64,000 bases of DNA, from positions 2,011,931 through 2,075,930 of the forward strand of contig NW_018405944.1 of NCBI RefSeq assembly GCF_002113885.1. Direction: 5' to 3'. The position numbers and the translations under genes were made by a program. Shown piece after piece: positions 50,216-62,350 of the stretch. The first letter of the stretch is position 1. Each line of letters opens with the position of its first letter. The notes under the pieces were generated by a model. It made no database searches. It was not told the origin of the DNA and worked only from the letters and a program-made list of their open reading frames with translations. This DNA is from Mizuhopecten yessoensis (Eukaryota).

Positions 50216-51380
50216 TTTTTTTTTTTTTTTTTTTTTTTNNTTTTTTGTAATTTTCTTTTTATTCAAGATTTTTTTGCAATATATGGTATATTTACATTCA
50301 AACAATTCATATTATATATTCAGACCTCACACGACTCATATATACTTTTACTTACATCAGTTGATATATTAGACACAAGTACATGTAATGGTACCTATGT
50401 ACACATATATTGCCTTTATGAGAACAGAGAGAGAGAGAATAGAAAAGAAGAAGAAGGAAAAAAATAGCAATGAAAAACGGAGAAAGTCAACAGAAAGAAG
50501 AAGAAAAAGGAGAAACTAGTTTTTGCACTGCAGCTCAATAATAAACAAACTTTATGTTTAGAATAAGATTATAAGATAATCTTCTGTATTAATTGTAAGT
50601 AAGGTGCTTTCGGCTTTAAACTGCAAGTAAATACAGCCATATAAAGGTGGCTGAGAATTGAGGGTAATACTCAGGACAAAATATATTTATATCATAAAAG
50701 AGATTAACTTTAATAAGTTCAGACAGAAACATCAACTTAAATTCACAAAAAAGGGACAAAAAATATATATTTGGAGTTCAGGCAATATTCAATACAGGTA
50801 TGGTAAAAGGGACATAACTACCAAAAAAAAAAGTCCTTGTGAAAATGTGCATCAGTGTATTTTTAAAATATAAAATGAGAATTATACTGTGGGAGGAGAT
50901 GTATTGTATCTGCTGACTTGATGATATTAAATTATTTAATTTTGACTTATAATTCCAGGAGGTGGTTCCATTTTTTCCATTCTCTTTCCAGTTTTCTTAC
51001 AAAATTATCCCCCTTGCAACATGCTATATATTTTTGTACAGAATGATGGTCTTTTATGCTGTTAATTAAAGCATTTACTGACAAATTGTTTTGAAGGCAT
51101 CTTGTTTTATAAATATAGTGTTTGATCAAAATTAAAATTTCATTATCTAGTCTGTTGCCTATTCCTGACTGTGACACTTCCGAAAAGGAAGGATTCCTTA
51201 TTAAAAGAAAATGGGATAACTAAAGCTTCTAGTAATGTTTCAAAACTGTATAGGAAGTTTTGTACAATGGCACACTCCCATAATGTATGAATTATTGTTT
51301 CCCTATCTAGATTACAAAAAACATATAAAGGATTATTAGAGAGGCCGGCTTTGCATAGATATATATTTGTTGTCAAATAT
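50216..51380 (-). mobile_element. 3' end of an L1/Tx1 LINE (zinc-knuckle, 3'UTR, poly-A)
   Basis: VFCNLDRETIIHTLWEC, ILILIKHYIYKTR, WKKW; poly-T 50216-50246 followed by ttttatt (AATAAA on minus). Confidence 0.85.
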
Positions 51381-52439
51381 GATGAAATATATCTTGGTAA
51401 AAGTATCATTAGTTTCGTATTTTCTGTGAGTGTAATACATGCTTGAAACGCTCATTTGTGTGATACATAATGAATATTGTATTAAAAACCTCATCAGATG
51501 TCATTTTGAACGAACGGTAAAAAAAAACAAGTCCACGTCGATTTTTAACAACAAACTAAAAGAGTTTATTTGCATGGAAAATACCGACTAGTACATCATT
51601 TTTTCCGGAACAGCTGCTATGAAATGACAAATTTTACACACTAAATTGGAACTTAAACAAGAGTACCACATTTCAAATTTTATAACTTTATAACCCATCA
51701 CCCATGACCGTGAAAGGAAACTGTTTGATGTAGTTTAATAGGAATGACAAATGCCTAGACATATGCTAATTATATTCTGTCTGTCGACCTACGAAATATA
51801 TATATATATATATACATTCTTGTTGTTTAAAACCACAAACCAGTTTTATATGTGCAATCGAACTCGGACGAGATGAGGATTTTGTTATTCTGTTTCCCCA
51901 CTTTAAACCATAATGGGTTATCTAATTATACACAGAGAAAATAAACCCATAAACACATTAGAACACTAAGCATTCGCTTGTCTTGGCATGCATGTTTAAA
52001 ATGCAGGTTCCAGATATCGATATTTTGTTCAATTTGGACTCGTTAAATTTGCTCGAAATCAATCCTGCAGGTCAACTTTGAAGATTTCAATCTTTTGTGT
52101 GTGAAAGCAACATTTGTCACATAGACACATTAAATACAGGTATAGGTAAGACATATATATATAATGTAAGCTTGACAGATTGTATTTCTTTATTACTTAG
52201 AGTCTCGCTGGTTTAAAGAAGGTATAGATAATGTAATATGTTTACTTTCCGTCCTGCCGTTTCATAATAAAATATGTATGAATGAGATATTGGAATAAAA
52301 TACTTGAAAGCGTATTGTGGGTTGTCAAACGAGATTTAATTATATCTATATATATATAGGGAAGTCGCAGAAACTCTTGTCTTTTATTTTTCTTATTTAT
52401 ATACAATGTAATGTAAATAATACTTATTATGACAATGTA

Positions 52440-52442
<3 letters not shown>

Positions 52443-52471
<29 letters not shown>
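52443..52471. repeat. (TA)n microsatellite
   Basis: Direct reading; shorter run at ~51796-51813. Confidence 0.9.
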
Positions 52472-52475
<4 letters not shown>

Positions 52476-54050
52476 GCTCATTTCAAGGTTAGACATCTGA
52501 TATACAAGAATGTTGCGGTGACACAGATAGGCGCATACGTGCTATAAACAGTGACATACATTGTAATGATCGGATGACTTGTCAGGTACGTCTACCGTGG
52601 TTATCTGTTGTAAGCGAAATACCCATGTAATATGTGACGTCAACAGTAAACAAGCAGACAGGTATATTTGTATACAGGTAATACCAGGTTACCTGATTGA
52701 CTGCAACAAGACTGTCAGGTACGTATATACGTTAGATTGCCTCTCTAAGAAAACTTGGCAAGTTTGTGGGTGTGTACAGTTAATTCTTTAGACGATAACA
52801 CATTTTACGGTATATTTTAAACGACTACGCCTTGGCTAGTCTACCATGACTTTTTGGAGATAAACTAAATAATTAACTTCCTGGTACCAGGGCAGCGATA
52901 GCAACGTGCAGATCCTTTTTACTCGACTAGTTATTAATACACACACATATATATGTATTTACCCTTGTTTGTTTGTTTGATTTTACGTACTCTTTCAATT
53001 AGTTCGGTTAGACAGAGGACGGCTGAGACAACTAAAATCGTAAATGAGTCTCTATTTATTGTATATATTAGCTTTGCAAAACGAAAATAGAAGGATTGAG
53101 TTTACCGAGGCTCTGCCTAACGTCGGGTCGCCTGAGTTTCATATTCTCATACGAAGATGAAACGAATTTAAGATACACAGTTTTTATCATGGCTGTTGTA
53201 TCCAGAGCGAAGTTCCAATGTTGTGCGATGTCTTTCCGACTTCACAATGTAATAACAAATTACAGATATATGCACTCGTTACATACCACGATTGTCATGA
53301 AACCAGTAGTGTTTTTCTGGCTACGATTTTCATCGTAGGAATCAATATACTATAACCGGAACCTGATCGGCCTTTATTTCTGGACTAGTCCTTTTTTATG
53401 GCATTTGGTGTGAAAACATATTCAAAATAAGTCCTGAACATGGTCGAAATGACTGCCATATCAGGTATTTTGTACTTTTACATACAGCTGTGTCTAATAT
53501 TATTTATTATGTATATAATAGCCATATGGTGCAGTCTTTGGCTTTCTGCACCGACAAAGTAATTAGTACAGAAGCCTCATTATATTGTATTTAATTTCTA
53601 GTGACTATGCTAGACTGCTATCTTTTTATTTGTATCTATTACAAAGTACATAGGTGTAAAGATACACTTATATCTGCGACGTCTTTAAATAATTATTCAA
53701 TGGCGGCAGGGAGCTGGACCTCGATCGACCTTCCGATGTTTCATCGCAGTTACAATGTAAATTCTTTTCAGATCAATTTTGACTTCGAAATTTGATATTG
53801 TGTGTTGACCCTGTCTATCTTTTGAAAATTTCATCGTGTAATTTAATGTAATAAGTCCTACCAAGCCTCCTTAATCATGTATGCATATATATATAATTAA
53901 GTACTTCTTGTCGTACGAACCTTATATAAAAAATCTACCACTCGATCAGAAGATCATACCAGTAAAACAATATTCATAAATTATGACGATTTGTGCGTTT
54001 TGTAACTACGGTAATCTGCTTGTTCCGTAAATAATCTAGATGATAACAAT

Positions 54051-54137
54051 TCAATCATCATCATCATCATATCATCATCATCATCATCATCATCATCATT
54101 GTCGTCGTTATCGTCGTCGTCGACGACGTCATCATCA
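54051..54137. repeat. (CAT)n/(CGT)n compound microsatellite
   Basis: Direct reading. Confidence 0.9.
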
Positions 54138-55131
54138 CACATGTATTAATTCATAAAAGCCCCAGCACATATGAGTTAAATTGGAAATCAAAAATATTCC
54201 AAAACTTCCGGGTAACAAACTAGAACTCGGTCGATACCTTCGGTAGTAACGTAAATATTCACAATACAGATAACAAAGGAGTATGTACATTCCTTTCATT
54301 TTTTTTTATCAGAGCCATAAAATGATAATCTAATTGCGTATACATTTTGATACAGGTTAAAAACATTCATTCCGTATCTGTTTTCCTTCATTACGTTGTC
54401 TCCTTCGATGCACAAGATCAACTAAATATCTCCAAAGTACTATGTATATGTATTTATCAAATGTACACCACTCAATGTATCCTACTTTCAGATATATTAC
54501 ACTAGTACAACAACAGACGTATGTAAATACTTACTTTTCCACCAGCGTTACCCCTTTTCAGCCATTTTTATAATTTGCAGCTTGACTGTTACACAATGCA
54601 TCAAACTTATGAAGAAACTTCAAAAAATGAACATGCAGTTTTGTCAAAAGGAGACCGTTTGTGATTTTGGTCCCCCCATTTTTCCCCCTCATATCTCGGA
54701 ATGGTCTCCAAGCTGACCTTAATTTCATGTCATATCATGACGGCATGACCCCAAGGTATGCACCAAAAGGCCCGAATTGGCACCCATCCTTTTTATGGAT
54801 ATCTCATCGGTGTAAGATGTTATCACTTGAAATCGATTCTGTTTTTTTAACTTGTCATTGTGTGTTGATGTTGTGGTTTTAAAGATTGGTATCTTCCTCG
54901 GACAAGATTTATTACCAATTCTGCGCAGGTACCTGACTCACTGGATATATCGTGCCAGGCAATTCAAAGATAATAGGATAAGAAGATGATTCTATATCAT
55001 AAACACCTGCTTGCTATATAACAAAGTTAGTGTAAAACCAAATAATCAATAGACGCATTTAAATTCATATGTAGTATCTATAACTTATAAATGAATAATA
55101 TACCTACATTAGTTGCTGATCAGAGACGTTC

Positions 55132-58100
55132 GAGATAACCCTAACGACAGAGACAACCCTAACAACAGAGACAACCCTAACCACAGAGACAACACTAACA
55201 ACAGGGACAACCCTAACAACAGAGATAACCCTAACAACAAAGACAACCCTAACCACAGAGACAACACTAACAACAGAGACAACCCTAACAACAGAGACAA
55301 CCCTAACCACAGAGACAACACTAACAACAGAGATAACCCTAACAACAGAGACAACCCTAACAACAGAGATAACCCTAACAACAGAGACAACATTAACAAC
55401 AGAGACAACCCTAACAACAGAGACAACCCTAACAACAAAGACAACCATAACAACAGAGATAACCCTAACAACAGAGACAACCCTAACAACAGAGAAAACC
55501 CTAACAACAGAGACAACCCTAACAACACAGATAACCCTTACAATAGAGACAACCCTAACAACAGAGACAACCGTAACAACAGAGACAACCCTAACGACAG
55601 AGACAACCCTAACAACAGAGATAAAATAACAACAGAGACAACCCTAACAACAGAGACAACCCTAACAACAGAGATAACCATAACAACAGAGACAACCCTT
55701 ACAACAGAGACAACTCTAACAACAGAGACAACCCTAACAACAGAGAAAACCCTAACAACAGAGATAACCATAACAACAGAGACAACCATAACAACAGAGA
55801 CAACCCTAACAACAGAGATAAAATAACAACAGAGACAACCCTAACAACAGAGACAACCCTAACTACAGAGATAAAATAACAACAGAGACAACCCTAACTA
55901 CAGAGACAACCTTAACAAAAGAGACAACCCTAACAACAGAGACAACACTAACAACAGAGACAACCCTAACAACAGAGACAACCCTAACAACAGAGACAAC
56001 ACTAACAACAGAGATAACCCTAACAACAGAGACAACCCTAACAACAGAGATAACCCTAACAACAGAGACAACATTAACAACAGAGACAACCCTAACAACA
56101 GAGACAACCCTAACAACAAAGACAACCATAACAACAGAGATAACCCTAACAACAGAGACAACCCTAACAACAGAGAAAACCCTAACAACAGAGACAACCC
56201 TAACAACACAGATAACCCTTACAACAGAGACAACCCTAACAACAGAGACAACGCTAACAACAGAGACAACCCTAACAACAGAGACAACCCTAACAACAGA
56301 GATAACCCTAACAACAGAGACAACCCTTAAAACAGAGACAACCATAACAACAGAGACAACTCTAACAACAGAGACAACCCTAACAACAGAGAAAACCCTA
56401 ACAACAGAGAAACCCTAACAACAGAGACAACATTAACAACAGAGACAACCCTAACAACAGAGACAACCCTAACAACAGAGATAACCCTAACAACAGAGAC
56501 AACCCTATAAACAGAGACAACCATAACAACAGAGACAACACTCTCAACAGAGACAATCCTAACAACAGAGACAACCCTAACAACAGAGACAACCGTAACA
56601 CCAGAGACAACCCTAACAACAGAGATAACCCTAACAACAGAGATAACCATAACAACAGAGACAACCCTTACAACAGAGACAACTCTAAGAACAGAGACAA
56701 CCCTAACAACGGAGATAACCATAACAACAGAGACAACACTCGCAACAGAGACAATCCTAACAACAGAGACAACCCTCACAATAGAGACAACCCTAACAAC
56801 AGAGATAACCCTAACAACAGAGACAACACTAACAACAGAGATAACCCTAACAACAGAGATAACCATAACAACAGAGACAACCCTCTCAACAGAGCCAATC
56901 CTAACAACAGAGCCAACCCTAACAACAGAGATAACCACAACAACAGAGACAACCATAACAGCAGAGACAACCTTAACGACAGAGACAACCCTAACAACAG
57001 AGCCAACCCTAACAACAGAGATAACCTTTACAACAACGGAGACAACCCTAACTACAGAGACAACCTTAACAGCAGAGACAACCTTAACAACAGAGACAAC
57101 CCCAACAACAGAGACAACCCTAACCATAGAGACAACCCTAACAACAGAGAAAACCCTAACAACAGAGATAACCTTTACAACAGAGGCAACCCTAACTACA
57201 GAGATAAAATAACAACAGAGACAACCCTAACCATAGAGACAACCCTAACAACAGAGATAACCCTAACAACAGAGATAACCTTTACAACAGAGGCAACCCT
57301 AACTACAGAGATAAAATAACAACAGAGACAACACTAACAACAGAGACAACCCTGACTACAGAGACAACCTTAACAACAGAGACAATCCTACAACAGAGAT
57401 AACCATAACAACAGAGACAACCATAACAGCAGAGACAACCTTAACGACAGAGACAACCCTAACAACAGAGACAACCATAACAACAGAGACAACCATAACA
57501 ACAGAAACAACCCTCCCAACAGAAACAACCTTAACAACAGAGACAATCCTACAACAGAGATAACCATAACAACAGAGACAACCATAACAACAGAAACAAC
57601 CCTAACAACAGAGACAACCCTAACAACAAAGACAACCCTAACGACAGAGACAACCCTAACAACAGAGATAAAATAACAACAGAGACAACACTAACAACAG
57701 AGACAACCCTAACAACAGAGATAACCATAACAACAGAGACAACCATAACAACAGAAACACCCCTCTCAACAGAGACAACCTTAACAACAGAGACAATCCT
57801 AACAACAGAGATAACCATAACAACAGAGACAACCATAACAACAGAGACAACCATAACAACAGAGACAACCATAACAACAGAGACAACCATAACAACAGAG
57901 ACAACCCTAACAACAAAGACAACCCTAACAACAGAGACAACCCTAACCATAGAGACAACCCTAACAACAGAGATAACCATAACAACAGAGATAACCTTTA
58001 CAACAGAGATAACCCTAACAACAGAGACAACCCTAACAACAGAAACAACACTAACAAGTGTGATAACCATAACAACAGAGATAAACCTAACAACAGAGAC

Positions 58101-58175
58101 AACCCTAACAACAGAAACAACCCTAACAACAGAGACAACCCTTACAATTGTAATAACCATAACAACAGAGATAAC
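55132..58175. repeat. 18-bp satellite A (about 170 units), one telomeric hexamer per unit
   Basis: Unit ACAACAGAGA(C/T)AACCCTA; minus strand TTAGGG TTGTCT CTGTTG. Confidence 0.97.
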
Positions 58176-58299
58176 CCGAATAAAGAAGAAAACTTTGCAA
58201 AAATAACCCTAACAAGTGTGATAACCTTAACAAAAGAGATAAGCGAACCGAAGAAATAACCCTAAAAAAAACCAGAAAAATATAAACAAATGAAACAAC

Positions 58300-59310
58300 G
58301 TTCACAACAGTGATAATAAAAGAAATAACAAAAAATATGTAATTGTAAAAACGAAGATAACAAAAAGAGAACACTAACAAAGGAGATAACCCTAACAATC
58401 GACTTTAAAATATATGATACAGGTTCAAACACGTATTTTCATTAAGGTTCCTGTCTGATAAATTTGTTGCTGTGTTATGACCACTATTCCAGATAATTTA
58501 GAGAATATGTTTTCTGTGGTTTAGTATATTGAGCGCAGGTATCTTGTGTGCAACATGCATGGTTACAATTTATTTTGTGTATCTTCATTGTCCAGTTTTT
58601 CGTCGGGGGACGTCCTGAATTAGACGCATGGCGTCACTCTATTGTTATATCTAACAAAGACGGCAACTTACATAATAATATTGTTGGTTAATTGGTACGC
58701 TATCTAAACATTAACAATATATACTTATTATTGCATTCATAACGTCAGTATCGCTTTTTTACTCATATATCGGGTAAAGAAGAGAATAACAGCGAGTCAA
58801 ACATCTTGTAGGTAAGGTACATCCTCGATCATGACATACACGAAACAGATTAATTATATGAGTCCCACTATATTATCTGTTTCGGATAAATAACAAAAGA
58901 TATATCCTACTCGATATAGTTACAATGAGTAAAAGAGAGTACACATTATATGAGACCAATCTTCACATTCTATTGCCCGGTTTATCCCCGAGTTGTAACA
59001 GGAAAATCTCCTTGTACTTTATTTAAACATTTTCCCCTATTGACAGCTATAAAAAAAGTGTAAATATATTTTTATTCGTTTGTTTGGCTAGTGTAAACTT
59101 ATCTTATCGTCAATATATTAAAACAAAGAGTTCAGGCAAACACTACATGTGTATCACACCCTATCAAAGCTGTTTGCGGATGGCACTATATTAGACGGTG
59201 TAAATATTCTAGTCGTAAAGAGGAGCTCGTAGAAACCCAATATGATTAACATCATCTGTTACATGGCTCCGTTAACTTCGTACTATATAGTAGCTGGCAG
59301 TAGATGGGGA
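58300..59310 (+). repeat. Duplicated core, copy 1
   Basis: 58378-59310 aligns with 61427-62350; 58300-58375 aligns with 60321-60410. Confidence 0.95.
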
Positions 59311-59794
59311 CATGTACTGTAGATAAGGACCCGGGCAGTAGATAGGGACATGGGCAGTAGTAAGGGGAACGGATAGTAGTTAGGGACATGACTGTAGATA
59401 AGGACATGGGCAGTAGTAAGGGACATGGGCAGTAGTAAGGAGAACGGCCAGTAGTTAGGGACATGGACTGTAGATAAGGACACGGGCAGTAGATAGGGAC
59501 ATGGGCAGTAGTTAGGGACATGGACTGTAGATAAGAACACGGGCAGTAGTAAGGAGAATGGACAGTAACTAGGGACATGGACTGCTGATAAGGACATGGG
59601 CAGTAGTTAGGGACATGGACTGTAGATAAGGACATGGGCAGTAGTTAGGGACATGGACTGTAGATAAGGCCACGTGCAGTAGAAAGGAGAATGGACAGTA
59701 ATTAGGGACATGGTCTGTAGATAAGGACACGGGCAGTAGTAAGGAGAATGGACAGTATTTAGGGACATGGACTGTAGATAAGGACATGGGCAGT
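59295..59794. repeat. 19-bp G-rich satellite C with higher-order subunits
   Basis: Subunits ttagggacatggactgtag / ataaggaca(t/c)gggcagtag / taaggagaatggacagtaa. Confidence 0.95.
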
Positions 59795-60003
59795 TGAAAA
59801 AGCAAAATCTATACGGCCTGTTAACTATGTTAACAAATATGTAATATTCCACAAAATTGTAATTCAAACTGGAAATTGATAAAACTAGGGTAGAATTAGA
59901 ACAAAATGAAAATGTACATACTTGGAAAATTACATCCTGAATAAAAGCATGTGTTCTTCTTCATCACCTTTTTAATCTTGATCAAGTCATTTTACATTTA
60001 CAG

Positions 60004-60132
60004 GGTGTATATAGGGGCGCATAAACCGGTAACAGAAATGGCCAGTAATGTATATAGCAGGGACGATGACGAGGAAGATCATTACGTCAATTTAAAAAGT
60101 GTGGTTGATAGAGTTATATACGACACGCCCGC
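60004..60132 (+). CDS. Probable internal exon encoding a tyrosine-motif cytoplasmic segment of an unidentified gene
   Basis: Acceptor cattttacatttacag, donor gc|gtaagt, 129 nt, phase 2-2: VYIGAHKPVTEMASNVYSRDDDEEDHYVNLKSVVDRVIYDTP. Confidence 0.55.
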
Positions 60133-60464
60133 GTAAGTAAATACATTTTAAATCTGCACTAGTTTGTGAAACACAAATACAGAAATTGATTTGCTTAAAT
60201 TTAGCACTGGTCTAACATAATAGACTGCTAGCATTGCATTTAATCCCAGTTCAGTCTCTCCGAATACTGATTCAGCCGTGAAAGCGCAACGAACAATGGG
60301 ATAATATTGAGGTTAATACTTTCACAACAGTGATAATGAAAATAAAGGAAATTACAAAAAGATGTAAAATTCTAAAAAGGAAGATAACAAAAAAGGGAAC
60401 GCTTACAAAAATAAAACTCTGAGATAACCCCCTAAAAAAAGATTACCTTTTCCAAAAATGAAAA

Positions 60465-61447
60465 TCTTAACAAAAGAGATAATGATAACAAAGAAAGTAA
60501 CCGGACGAGACGGATAACCCGAACAAAGGAGATAACCCTAACATAGGAGATAACCCTAACATAGGAGATAACCCTATCAAAGGAGATAACCCTAACAAAG
60601 ATGATAACCCTAACAAATCATATAACCCTAACGAAGGAGATAACCCTAACAAATAAGATAACCCTTACATAGGAGATAACCCTAATGAAGGAGATAACCC
60701 TAACGAAGGAGATAACCCTAACAAATCAGATAACCCTAAACAAAGGAGATAACCCTAACACAGGGAATAACCCTAACAAAGGAGATAACCCTAACAAAAT
60801 AGATAACCCCACCAAAGGAGCAAACCCTAACACAGGAGAAAACCCTAACAAAGGAGATAACATAAACAAAGGAGATAACACTAAAAAGGAAATAGCCCTA
60901 ACAAAGGAAACAACCCTAACAACGGAGATAACACTAACAAAGGATATAACCCTAACAAATCAGATAACCCTAACAAAGGAGATAACCCAAACGAAGGAGA
61001 TAACACTAGAAAATAAGATTACTCTATAACAAATAAGATAACCCTAACGAAGGAGATAACCCTAACAAAGGAGATAACCCTAACAAAGGAGATAACCCTA
61101 ATAAAGGAGATTACCCTAACAAAGGAGATAACCCTATCAAAGGAGATAACCCCAACATAGGAGATAACCCTAACATAGGAGATAACCCTTACAAAGGAGA
61201 TAACCCTAACAAATCAGATAACCCTAACGGAGGAGATAACCCTAAAAAAAGAGATAACCCTAACAAATGAGATAACCCTAACAAAGATGATAACCCTTAC
61301 AAATCAGATAACCCTAACGAAGGAGATAACCCTAAAAAAGGAGATAACCCTAACAAATCAGATAACCCCAAACAAAGGAGACAACCCTAACATAGGAGAA
61401 AACCCTAACAAAGGAGATAACATAAACAAAGGAGATAACCCTAACAA
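60465..61447. repeat. 18-bp satellite B (about 55 units), one telomeric hexamer per unit
   Basis: Unit ACAAAGGAGATAACCCTA; minus strand TTAGGG TTATCT CCTTTG. Confidence 0.95.
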
Positions 61448-62350
61448 TCGACTTTAAAATATATGATACAGGTTCAAACACGTATTTTCATTAAGGTTCC
61501 TGTCTGATAAATTTGTTGCTGTGTTATGACCACTATTCCAAATAATTAAGAGAATATGTTTTCTGTGGTTTAGCATATTGAGCGCAGGTATCTTGTGTGC
61601 AACATGCATGGTAACATTTTTTTTGTGTATCTTCATTGTCCAGTTTTTCGTTGGGGGACGTTCTCATTTAGACGCATGACGTCACTCTATTGTTATATCT
61701 AACAAAGACGGCAACTGACATAATTATATTTTTGTTGATTGGTACGCTATCTATATATTGTTAATGTTTAGATAGCGTAGCGTCAGTATCGATTTTTTAC
61801 TAATATAACGAGTAAAGAAGTGAATAAAAGAGAGTCAGGTAAGATGCATCAAGGATTGTATAACTAGGTCAAATCGTCAATAAAGCAGCAGATGAATAAT
61901 ATGAGCCGTAATATTTTATCTGTTTCGTATAAGTAACAATCGATTTATCCTACTTGATCAATTTTTTTCGATGAGTTAAAGAGAGTAAACATTATATGAG
62001 ACCAATATTCACTTTAGATATCAGTTTATCCCCGAGTTGACACAGGAAAACCTCCTTGTACTTTATGTGAATATTCTCCCCTATTCACAGCTATAAAAAA
62101 GTGCAAATGTAGTTTTACTCGTTTGTGTGGCTAGTGTAAACTTATCTTATTGTCAATATTTTAAAACAAAGAGTTAAGGCAAACACTGCATGTGTATCAC
62201 ACCCTATCAAAGCTGTTTGCGGATGGCATTATATTAGACGGTGTAAATATTCTAGTCGTAAAGAGGAGCTCGTAGAAACCCAATCTGATTAACATCATCT
62301 GTTACATGGCTCCGTTAATACGTACTATATAGTAGCTGGCAGTAGATGGG
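61427..62350 (+). repeat. Duplicated core, copy 2
   Basis: Colinear with 58378-59310; ends near-identical, middle more diverged. Confidence 0.95.

Noticed and set aside
52500-54600. Upstream exons for the tyrosine-motif exon
   Set aside because: Several AG/GT candidates (e.g. ~54492-54518) but no consistent, recognisable reading frame could be built.
55132-58175. True telomere
   Set aside because: Only one hexamer per 18 bp, no (TTAGGG)n run, and complex sequence on both sides.
55104-58398. Repeat-protein ORFs (NNRDNP, TTETTL, VVRVVS, LLLGLS)
   Set aside because: Translations of an 18-bp satellite open in several frames and broken by 17-bp units; no signal peptide or splice context.
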